A stretch of 64,000 nucleotides of DNA from assembly GCF_964204645.1 (NCBI RefSeq), contig NC_134027.1:9022485-9086484 (forward strand), read 5' to 3'. The notes under the pieces are model-generated. The model was given only the letters and a program-made list of their open reading frames with translations, made no database searches and had not been told where the DNA came from. The position numbers and the translations under genes were made by a program. Of the stretch, positions 44,301 to 56,000 are shown piece by piece. Source of the DNA: Tubulanus polymorphus. Taxonomy: Eukaryota > Animalia > Nemertea. Position 1 is the first letter of the stretch, and the number at the start of each line of letters is the position of its first letter.

Positions 44301-45891
44301 TTCATGCTTTCATAATCTAAAATCCGAAATTACTCGTTTTTGTGCAAACCGTCGCTGCTGTAACCCAATCGCCGTGAGGCTAATGGATCTAGGAAGCTAA
44401 TCGCGGAAATCAGTGAGACAGAAATGCTATCAATGCTAATTCATTTCAGTTGGTCATGGTCAAAGTAGCGGGGAGCGGATGCATATCGAAGAATTTACCG
44501 TCTACGTACGAGACACTAAAAAGTATATCGAAAGCGTCAAAGAACGCTTTCCCGATGTAGACGATCTTTTTATTATCGGATTCTCCCTGGTAGGATCTGC
44601 TAGAAGAGGATTTTTTGATATTAATTCGCCGCATCAGGAAGCCTTGTCAATTTTCGTAAATTTCATATTACTTACAGGGCGCTTCAATAGCTATCAGATT
44701 GGCCATAGAAAACAAATACATGTTTCGGGGATTGGTCACTCTAGCACCTGCTCTCATAGCTCACAATGAATTTGCTTCGGCTTGGAAGGTACATAGTGAA
44801 CCGTGTCTAATCTGCCGATAATTTTCTTTTTGAAATGTTCATGAAATCGATCACTACACATGAAAATGTAAAATAAGATGTAAAATTCCATTTATGAAAC
44901 CAATTACAGATGAAGGTTGTACAAGTTCTGGCGAAGGTGATGCCCAAAATGCAAGGGGAAGATTTGAAGAGTACGGTATTGTCGAGAGATTTGGATCGGG
45001 TAAGCCAGCCATCGTTAATCAGCCTAATCTTGATATGACCGATGAACCTGAGAATTTCTTTTTTCATTATCAAGGTGGAAGCTTACAACAAAGATCCGTT
45101 GAACTGGCATGGTGGTTTGAGAACAAAGTAAGCCGCATTTGATACGCGTTTCCCGTAGTAGAGGGTATCAGTAAAACTTATTCGCTTCGGGCCTGATTCG
45201 TACCAATTTGGCCAAATCGTCTCCATTTGACCGCGGCTTATGTTAAACTTTAGTACATCAGTACATGATTCTTCTGTTTTCATTCGTCGTTTCAGGTGGA
45301 GTCTTGAACTGATGGAGAACAAAAACTACTTGGAAAACAATATGAAGAAGTTGGAAGTGCCCATTCTGCTGTTACACGGTGAACGGGACGTTGTGTGTGA
45401 CGTAGCCGGTTCGAAAATGATCGCCGAAAAGTCAGTGAGCAATGACAAAACTTTGAAGGTACATGCTTAAGATGCTTACATTGCATCGAATCTTGATAGT
45501 TATAAAGCAACGCAAACAATAAGTAACTTCCGAAATTTTCATTTCATTGTAGTATCTATATGTGTGTAAAGTTATAATGTCTAGCATATTTTGTTTCTCA
45601 TTTATGCTGACCTCAACCCTGTACATTAATTTTCTTTAAAATCGTGATCAAGCTAACAATAACAGACCCGGCAGCTATAGAAATGAACTGATTACAAATT
45701 TTATCAAGTTTACAAAATTACCCGACCGATTGGTAGAAACAAGGTATCATTTTTAGCCGAATTGCTCACAAATACTTTTATTTTTGATTCAGACCTATCC
45801 GGGTTGTTACCACCAACTACTCGATGAACCGGCTCAAGACCGAGGCAAAGTTATAAAGGACATAATCGACTGGATTAACGAAAGAAACTGA
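41400..45891 (+). CDS. MGLL: Monoglyceride lipase-like alpha/beta hydrolase, paralogue 1 (8 exons, 306 aa)
   Basis: Exons 41400-41557, 41661-41767, 44450-44589, 44678-44788, 44910-44999, 45075-45127, 45296-45458, 45793-45891, all GT-AG and in frame. Motifs PYADLPHFVNEDGEYIFTKCW, HGGGEHCARY, VGHGQSSGER, nucleophile GFSLG, YNKDPL, LLHGERDVVCD, YPGCYHQL give a Ser-Asp-His triad. Confidence 0.93.
43170..43437 (+). mobile_element. MITE family A copy in MGLL-1 intron 2
   Basis: Family core; ends gtgtaatcgcggct. Confidence 0.75.
45590..45758 (+). mobile_element. MITE family C copy (MGLL-1 intron 7)
   Basis: aacagacccggcagctatagaaatgaac...agaaacaaggtatcatttttagcc. Confidence 0.7.
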
Positions 45892-46172
45892 GAGCAATAT
45901 TTCAAAGCCGGATTTTCTTTATTATGTATAAGGCCTATCGATTTAACTGTTACATTTATTATTAAGTTTGATTCCCTTCAAAATGTACAAATATATATCT
46001 ATTTTATACAGCATGTATAAATATATTTCATTCGTTTTTATAAGGAGATTTATTTCGACCGAATGTGAATTCGAAGCAAGTGATCAGTATAAAAATCAAA
46101 TGGTTTCCCCAGAACATTCAAGGGACCCCACCCTCACAGTGCGCCGTGAGGGCCACCAATGGAACAAACAAT

Positions 46173-46477
46173 AGCCGCGATCACACATAGAGGAGTTTGC
46201 CCTCGATAAGGCCCGAGTCAAATTTGGCCCGTGCCTAATTAGAGAGCGCGTTTACACGCAAATCGCCCACTTGATTCTAGACAATGCTTAAACAAAGCGA
46301 AGTGAGCGACTTCCGGAACCAGTTGCAATTCAAACGCATTAATTTGACCCGTGCTAAATAAAATTTTTCCCGGGACTGGTTCGTTTTGGGTCGGGCCAAA
46401 TTTGGCCAGGGCCCATTTGGCACCATGTGAACAGTTGTTCCGGGCCAAATTTGCCACGAGCCAAATCGATCGCGGCT
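46173..46477 (+). mobile_element. MITE family A copy between the convergent MGLL-1 and MGLL-2 3' ends
   Basis: agccgcgatc ... gatcgcggct termini; full core. Confidence 0.85.
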
Positions 46478-46710
46478 ATCAAGAAGGCTATAGGAATCGT
46501 GAGTCGGTGCCACTTCGCTATGAACGCTCGTTGAAATTCCATGAAGCGAATTTTTTTTTCGGATAAAAGTTTTTCTTGTGAACGATCGCAAACGCTCAAC
46601 ATTTTCACGACATAAACAAGAAGTTTGTCGAAATTACGTTTGGCTGACTATAGATTTAACGAAACGATTGACAAAGTTTAGTATATCTTGCAAGGGCAAG
46701 CAGTCTACGG

Positions 46711-49700
46711 CTACAGTCTTTCCGTTATCCACTGTCGAACGTCATTCATTACAACTATTCTGTCATCGCCTGGTTCTGAGTGTAATTCGTGAAAGTAACC
46801 GGGATAAACCTGAAATAAATAGATAATCGTATAGATTTTACGAAGTCCGAATCTAAGCAAAATTATGCTTTAGGCTAAACAAATGGATATACCGGTATAC
46901 CTCCTAACTGCGGGCTTAAAAGTTGACCCGGACTGCTGCCTATCTACCCTGTACAATACTATTTAAATCATGATCAATCTTTCCACAACAGACCCGGCAG
47001 ATATAGAAATGAAATGATTACAAATTTTATTGCGGTTTACAAAAATGACCCGGCCGATGAGGAGAAACAACGTATGATTTCTTAAGCCTCATATACTTCT
47101 GAACAAACGCACGGGATATTGAATGAGTGAAAAACATCGAAGGAATGGATGGCCATGAGAGCCTTTAGACTAGATTTACCTTCAACTGTTTATCGGGCGA
47201 GTTTGATTTATCGTAAATGAGTTGCGCACCGGAAACGTCGCATATTTTGTCTGCATCTCCGTTCAACACGAGCAACGGAAAGTCTATCATATTAGCATTA
47301 TCCAAAACAAAATCGATACTGTCTAGAATGCACGTTGTCCATCTGCAAAAAATTAACAGAAAATCTTATGAGCAGAATGAAAATACAGTGGAACCCCGTT
47401 ATAACGACCTCGGATATAAGGATCTATCGGTTATTAAAAACCTAGAATTTCACCCGAAATACGACAATACTATAGATATAACGAACTATCGGTCAAAATG
47501 AACAGATTCTCTGGTGCCTTGAAGTTTGTCTTAACGAGGTTCCACTTAAGATTTTCTTGTATCGGAAAATCAGAAAAAGTTTTTCGGAAACAAGATAGGG
47601 TACACTATACGCAGCTAACTAAACATATGCGAAAGGAAACAATACACAACAAACGTTAGGCTTACTTGGCTTTGACTCCACCACTCCAGTTCAATTTGTC
47701 ACTAGCACCCTTATTTAGCTATAAAGAAACGTCTCAAAGGTAAAGCGAAAATATACATTGCATAAACCTTTCTTAATTCGGCTTCTAGAGACAACATACC
47801 TACTTGGAGAAATGCTTGCCAATCTGATAAATTCAATATTCAACATCTCCCGCCTAAAGCGTTAAGTTAAAACTAACATTTTCCTTGATAGAGGAATAAT
47901 GAGATGACTGCAGCCAATTACGTGAAAATGGACTGATTGAAATGCCTATCTGATTACAGATCCCTTCCCAAAGTTATATCCACTTCAAATTTCAATGAAA
48001 AGTAGCCAGCCATTTAGAAGCTAGGCCTTGCATTGGAAATAAGGCCAAAATGACATTTTTGGGCACATAAAATGTCACACGACAGCGATTTTGTGATCGA
48101 TTGAGTCAATTTTTCTAATGTAGTGGGATATATTAACAAATGGAACATCAAAATAATAAATCGAAGCGTCTTAAAAATTATCCTAGAAAACATGAAAATT
48201 TGTGAAACGTGCTGATTTCGGCGATCCACAAAGGCTACCGGACGGCTGTCTTGTTGATTCTAGTCGAGTCAGTATGACCAATTTTTGGCTACCGTGTAGG
48301 GTACGATGTAAACCAAATATCAAGACAATACATTGTTAAATTCTTCGAAATTTTTCAAAATAACCGGATTCCTTTTACGGTCGAACAAACGGACTAAAGG
48401 TGTACGCATTAGCTCGCTTGGACATAGGTCCCAATAGTGGGCTAAAACGATATCACGAACGTTTTAGCTAATGATGATAGAGGATATTATTCATCGGAGA
48501 ACCTTCATTGGATACGATACAAATAATCTTCATATATTTCATTTATCATTGTACAAATTAATGCCGTGATAATTGAAATTCTCACCACTTCTTCATCTCT
48601 GGTCATCAATGTTCCATCAACAGTCGCTATTTCCAGCTGCGGAACCAGCCACGATACCGCTTTAGCCAAAAATACCTAAAACGCCACATACACGAATCTT
48701 ATTGTTAACCCGATAAACCCAAATCGACAAGGATCTTTCTCGAAATCGTATACCTTCGTTCGTGGAAGAAAGTCTGTACCAATTATGATTGCAGGACTGG
48801 ACAGTATAACTCCGTCAAATATATCTTTGTACATCATCGCAGTTCGCAATGATATGAGACCTCCCTTTGCAAATGAAAATCAAGAGCAAAACGAGATAAT
48901 TTGTTGCAACTTGTTTTATAAGTGCTTTAGAATCTGACTATCTGTGAGGGTTTTCATAAAACAAACATATAATATAGTAATTACGGATTTGTTTATTTAC
49001 TTGGTAGAGACGAATTTCTTCAATTTCTATGAACGTACCATTGAGTGACCATAAGTGAATACTGGTAGGCTCGGATATTTTTCTTTCATTTCTGTTACGT
49101 GTTGTTTGACATCTCGACAATACGTCACAAAATGGTCAATGTGCACACGATCTCCACTGCTCTGTCCATGCCCGACTAAAAATCAGTGTCATAGGGGACG
49201 TAGTTAATTTGTTAGTTACATGGATTGCGATTCGGGTCACACTTAACTTTTATTGATTTTAAAGAACGTATCATTTTGATTGTTGGTAAAACGGACGTTT
49301 TGGGCTTAGGTGTTTGATTGTCGCGATGGTAGTACTGGGGCCGTGTATCGAGTACATTCTAGCCCTAAATATATTCAATTCTATTGAAGGAAAGTCGAAC
49401 TCCGGATTAGAATGCTTACTGTGATCGTGAGCAAAAACGAGATAACCATCTTTTAGAAATTCCTGTGATACGAACGTGTCATAGATGTAAGCGCCAGAAT
49501 GTTCGCCGAAGCCGTGACAAAGAAATATCAGCGCCCTGTGGAAAAAACCTGCTTATCAATGATAGATGGGACATGGTATTCTGAGGACCTGAAACACTAT
49601 GTGCCCACAATCTAATATGAACGCCCATACCGCCAGATATTAATCTATGTTTTGCAGCACATTCTATATACGCTTTTTTATCAAATGCGTCATTCACATG

Positions 49701-49934
49701 ACGGCTAAATTTATCAAAATGTTCTATATCTTGATAACATAGAATTTCTGTTTTCACCTATTGTCACTATAAAAAAACGAAAGACATGATACAATTTCAG
49801 TATTTTTCAGCTATGTAATTTGACAACGTATTTATCAATCTAAAGATGACACATTGTACTTGCTTCGGTTCAGTGTTAGGTCTCCATATACGACAGAAAA
49901 GTTCCTGTCCATCGGCATTCCTCATGGTAGACAT
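46711..49934 (-). CDS. MGLL: Monoglyceride lipase-like alpha/beta hydrolase, paralogue 2 (8 exons, 279 aa)
   Basis: Minus-strand exons 49934-49864 (GC donor), 49535-49420, 49175-49039, 48864-48754, 48675-48586, 47718-47666, 47342-47180, 46809-46711 (TAG). Motifs NADGQELFCRIWRP, CHGFGEHSG, FAHDHIGHGQSSGDR, GHSMGG, VLNGDADKICD, YPGYFHELHSE. Confidence 0.92.
46873..47088 (+). mobile_element. MITE family C copy (MGLL-2 intron 7)
   Basis: ggctaaa ... taagcc termini; body shared with 28677-28897. Confidence 0.7.
47386..47546. mobile_element. Tc1/pogo-like MITE
   Basis: ta|CAGTGGAACCCCGTTATAAC ... ttaacgaggttccact. Confidence 0.6.
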
Positions 49935-51896
49935 TTTATTCTAAGCGCTAATTACAGTACTGCAGTATAGCTCAGAATTAGGTTCAACAGTGCGTTATTG
50001 TGTGCTATATATAGATGTATATATGTGTGTGGTTATATATTCACAATGTTTGTCTCTAGCGAAATAAAGTCAGCTAAAAACATAAAATAACGCCTGACCC
50101 TGTTATGCGATTGAGATTGCCACAAAGCAAGTCAACTTACTACGGCATAGTGTCCTACTAACGAGGAAAAATTATCAAATTTTAAAAAGAAAGAAATGTC
50201 CTTTGCGTCCTGGTCACTATTTTCATCGATTTACCGGGTTCAAGGATGCCTCTTTTTATGAGTCACCCAATCTCCGGGTTAGATCTTAGGAAACCCTAGT
50301 TTATATCCTATAGACCGCAGAATCGATATCGATCGACCGGGTTCGATCCTCTCGCCGGAATCTCCGCATCCTCTGATTCAGCATTGAATTCTTTATTCAT
50401 CAATCCAAACTCGAATAAGGAAAATGCTTAGAATAGAATTACGTTATCTTTATCTCGACAGAAATTTCTGTACAAGCGACAACTATTTTGCCCTAAGAAC
50501 AATTTCAAGAAACTTTGTTTGATTTATCTAAGAAAAGAATTGTTTTCTCAAATTATCCAAGGATTTATTTTTCAAAAAATATTCAATTATGGCTATAAAT
50601 TACGCATTCTCGACTGCAACATAATCATCAATTGTTTTAGATTATATAGGCACTGGAGTAAAATGAAATAGGCTACCCTTTAGACGTTAGATCCCATGAA
50701 AGTACGGTTAAAAACAGTTATTCAAATTGTTTGTTTGTTACTTAGGATACATTTTTTTTTTGATTCGAGGATATTTTCAACTGTATGTTTCGAGAACATA
50801 TTAGGCCTATCAGGAAAAAAGACTACGACTGATACCTTTGTTTTTTACAAACTTGGTGCTAGCACCGCATGGTCCCCTAGAGGAATTTTTGCGAACTATT
50901 GTAAAATTAGCCACTCATCTAAAAAGAAACGACTGTATGACAGATCTAGCCAGCAGGAAACGTTAAATAAATCACCAGTAATCCTTTCGGCTGACATGTT
51001 TAATCTCAAATTCTATCGGTTACAGATCAGTCGTTAGGAGAGATATTTAAAAATTTTAACGCAGGCCAAAACTGCAAATAATGCTCTATAGCCTCAGTAA
51101 AAGTGGAAAATATGGAAATCTAGCTTTAATAACCACTTACATATTTCAAAATCTATAACAATCGCATTTTTGACGCACGGTTTAAATATGCGGTCCTTGG
51201 TTTTACATCGTCACTGCTATCGTCAATTGTTGCGTTAAGAAAATCCAAGAATTACCGGCAAATATCTGCATTTGATTTCTTTTAAAATAGTGTATCAATT
51301 AAGTTCATCGAGCAAGGGACTGCAGAGCTATTTGATATTCAAACTAAACATATGTTTTAAAAATTAGTGCAAATTATCGCAACAATGGGGACCTCGAGGG
51401 ACCGCCACAAAATGGCGCCTAGAAACTGGAAATTTCTCCATCCTCTATGCAAAAAAGAACAACAACGTACCTATATTACACATTTAACTTTATTTGAAAA
51501 ATCTTAACATACATGTTGGACCCCGTCTTAAAAAAACTAGAGTGGAACAGCTATCATGATTGATTAAGTAACAATTAATGCATTAATCTGCAATATATCA
51601 TCTGCAATAACCACCAGATAAAAACGTTTCGTAAATGTACGGTAATTTCTGTGCATTCAATAATTTCAGAATAACAAACATCTGAATCGATATTAACTAT
51701 AAGAACTGAGAACAGAAATATTTACTCAATTGTGAGAAGTGAAGCGCAATTATTACAGCTGTGTTGATATGAAAAAGCTGACAAAATAATGGCTCTATCT
51801 CTATCTAAAACCATTGTTTACATTTAAACACATACAGGTTCAGTTCAAGTCGGATTCAATCAATTCAGATATCTGTTGAAATATTATTTCTCACAC

Positions 51897-52136
51897 CAGG
51901 GGAGGATTCAGCCTAAATTCCCTGAGCGTTGCTCAGTCCAGTAAAACGGCACGACAGGGCTGTGTGGGAGTCCTCTCAGAGAAAATTTTGAAATTTTACC
52001 ACCTTCAGATAGAATCTGAGCATTTGTGGAGACTAATGAATTTTTCATACATCCGAAATAAGTGGATCGTTACATAAGCTTCATTCATACAAAGGAACAG
52101 CTGAAGGGGTACCGCAGTAGGCTGAATCCGTCCCTG
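51897..52136. mobile_element. Short TIR element
   Basis: caggggaggattcagcct ... aggctgaatccgtccctg. Confidence 0.6.
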
Positions 52137-53069
52137 AACCCTAATGAGTCATAAATCATCAAACTTGGATATCCCTCGAGTAAGACACATTTTTATTGTA
52201 CAAAAGATATGATTTGAGCGGAGTTCACTGTATAAATACATGTGGTGCATATGAATAAGAGATTTTTTCTAAATACCAACACTTGTTGAGATTCCCAAAA
52301 TAGCAACACTTTCTGACTGTCCTTATGCATGCCACCCCTGCCAACAACAAAATGGCGGATCTATTCATTGGGGGTTATCGGAATACTGGATATTCTAAGA
52401 ACAATCGGTGTTCACATACTTTACCAGAGCTTAGAATTTTGAATTTCCAGTACAAAGTATTAGTTTATCTGTTCAACCATATCCAGGATATTTCAAGGAA
52501 TGTATGTACCAGATTTTCAAACCCTGAAATTGATCTTGCAATAATTCTAGCTACAACCAGACCATATTCATGTATATTGTAAACTTAATCATTCATTAAA
52601 CAAATATACAGAGAAATATACTATATTTATCAGAGATCATGTTATTATGTCATTTTCACATAAAAAACTAAACAAATGAGATTGAACTTTCAACCTCACA
52701 TCTTGACGAAAAAGAATTACGATTGATTATTACCTAAAGTGTAAAAATACTTTTTTCAAATTAAACATTTGATGATTTTGAAAAGATACCCGGTACATCA
52801 CTTTTAGAAATTTAGGCATCATTTTTTAAGCCAAATATTTCGAGGTGAAATCACCCACCTATCCTTGGAGCCTAGAACATTATATCTAAAACCTTTTCAA
52901 AGCTGACACTGTCCAGCCACGGAACCACCTATCAACCATTCTGGCGATGAAGCATTTTGTTCCAACAGAGAAGACATTGGTAAAATTACACAAATTCACT
53001 GAATACAGAAGGCCTAAGTGGAAAGTGAGCAGTTTTTATCATCAATTATCTAATGGAAACGTGTTTGTG

Positions 53070-56000
53070 TCATTGTTCGGTAGCGCTGGGGAGTCGTTCT
53101 TTAATCCAAGCGCGAATGTCATTCATCACTTTAATATTGTCTCCATCGGGTTCCGCGTGTAATTGATGATAAAGTCCTTCATATATCTGAAAAATATGAA
53201 TAATACTCTTGAATACAGGCAACGGGGATTTAAGATTCTTTCACTCACGTAACGCCATCATTAAACTAAGGGTCCAGGAACACCATTGCCTGCTAGGACT
53301 TAAGTTCCAAGTAGGCTAAAATGTAGCGTACCACAAGGCAATTCTGATCAAAATCTGCCACCTAATAGCAATAGTAATACAGTTTCTATAAGTGCCCTTT
53401 TCGCTGTGATACAATGTTCAAAGGTGTTCTCCATTAAATAGGTATTATTACCCCTCCCCCCCCCGACTATACTATAACTCTAACCATTTGCTCCTAGGTG
53501 AAAAGGGGCAATGAGCCGAGACACTACACGGACCTGGCTCTCGAGAGGTGAACGCTCTAACCACTCGCCCACACCGCTTGTTCACCTATCACAACTGCCA
53601 TTAGGTCCGGACTAGAATTCTCAATAAATTATAAATCAATAGTTGGTGAAAGTCTAGATTGGTTTCATTACAGGTTGCTCAGAAAGTAACAAAATCAACT
53701 TCATTTTTGTCTCATGAAGATTATCAATCCCTGTTTGTCAGAGATGAGCAAAATTCAGAAATGCACGACGGACAGCCACAAGGTACCTTAAGCGTTTTGT
53801 CCTTTGATGTTGCCGAATCGTGAAGCAACTGCGAGCCTGCCACATCACAGATATGATCATCGCCGCCGTGCAGAATCAATACTGGAAAGTCTACTTTATC
53901 AAGGTTATCTTTAATGAAGTTGAAACATTCGAACATGGCTAGACCCCATCTATGAAAATAATACACAATCAATGATTAAATGATTCGGCTAAAAAAATTG
54001 ATACCTTGTTTCTCCTTTTTGCTAAGCTCAATAGTTGACCCAGCCGGCCGCCTACCAGTATCTACCCTGTACATTACTTTTTTTCAAAATCATGATCAAT
54101 TTTACCGTAACAAACCCAGCAGCTATAGAAATGAACCGATTACAAATTTTATTGCATTTTACAAAATGACCCACCACAAATCCGCTGCGGAGAAACAAGG
54201 TATCATTTTTGGTTAGCCTTATAGCATAATTTATAAATGTGAAAGTTCAGTTCAGTTTGAATTGTTCCACGCTATCATTATAGTTTGGTTCCTGGCTTCA
54301 GTTCACTCGAAAAACATCAGGGAAAGGGACGGTAACAGGAATAATCTACTTCACCGGTTTTCCAATAACTTTCGAATGTTTTTCTAAATCAACAAAACGA
54401 CACAAGATTTAATCGATACGGCATTTCAAATAAATGAAATACATTTTACGATTTTTGAAGTGCGCGTCTGCACGACGTTTTCAACTACACAAGTGAAATA
54501 TTCATAAAACAATTACCAGTACACCAATACCAATACGTACTTGATTTTCATTCCTCCGTGCCAATTGAGTGGATCTGCTCTGTAAGCAGCGACCTTGAAA
54601 ATACAAATATTCAGTGACAATGTACGAGAAAAGATACAGGGGACCATTCATTTATTACTTATGCACATTTGGGGAGGGGGTGTCATATGATGCTTACGAA
54701 TCTGTGTGGGGGAGGGGGGTTAAATGATATGTTTACGTACGTAAGTATCTATTGCACGAAGAATTTCTGAGACAACAAACTACCGACATTATACAGCTAT
54801 GCGATGAAGCCAATACATCGAAAACTAATAATTATGTTACGATACTCAGCGCTACCGATCTAAGATCAATACAAAATTCGACGATCATGTAGGGCTGTAA
54901 AGGCATTTTCCTGGTTCTAGGAAAATCTGATGCTTCTGACCATCGCCACACAATACTCGCCTGTTTGAAGCCATAAATACCTCAAATTAACAAATTCATT
55001 TGAATGGTACCAATCTAAGTTTTTTCTTACATACGTATGCAGGGTGGCTGTAAAATAATGTATGCTTACAGGAGGATGGAATTTATAGAATATTTTTGGA
55101 ATTTTATGCGTTACCTAATAAATGAATGGACCCTACACTCTCAAACATTTTCGATTTTTAAAGCACTCTGACAGAACAAGTGTTGGCTCTCAATATCAAT
55201 ATCATTCATATACATACCACGTCCTTATCGCGACAGACATAATCGCTTTCTAACTTGTCCATCTGTAGTTGAGGCCAAAATAGTGACAACGCCCTGGCTA
55301 AATATAACTGAAATAGGATATTATCATTATCGAGTGCTGTACTTAGGACTTTGGAGGGTCACAGAGTCAATGTATTGTAGACATTCATTTGATCTGTGGA
55401 TGGTAGTAAGATACGCCTCATATTCATATTCATGTATTTGAAAACAATCTAGATCAGTTTAATCTAATAATCAGTTTATCTTAAACAATACTAAATATGG
55501 TTCTTGCTTGAGATACCAGTCTAGCTCTAACTTTTAATTGACAGCAATCAATTTATGGTCGATACCTCAAATTCAATGATTTATGATAAAATGAAAGCCA
55601 AATTGAGCGCAGTAATTGACCGAATTATCAATCAATGAGAATAATCTTAATCAGATCAATTTACATGCCTACATCAGAAATAGAACCACTTAACCAGCCG
55701 GACAGCCAAATCAGATATCCGTTTAATTAACACCTCAGACATCTGAGGATCCAATGATACTAGCTTGGGTGCACAACCAAGATTTTACTTAAGTTTGGTT
55801 CTTGTTTGTTTGTTTGTTTGTTTTTGCTTTATGTCTTTTGAATCTTGGTTTTTCAAGACTAACCCTATCGGATTATTCATTTAACCTCACGACGGGACAA
55901 TGTAATGACACTGATACGCTGTCAGCAGCCAGCAGGACTCGAACCCGCTAGCCGGTCAGCACTCTGATAGTGAATGCAACAGCATGTTTTTTGATATTAT

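Noticed and set aside
53500-53580. tRNA-like sequence (also B-box motifs at ~12932, ~50340 and ~55935)
   Set aside because: No complete cloverleaf; treated as SINE remnants, not tRNA genes.
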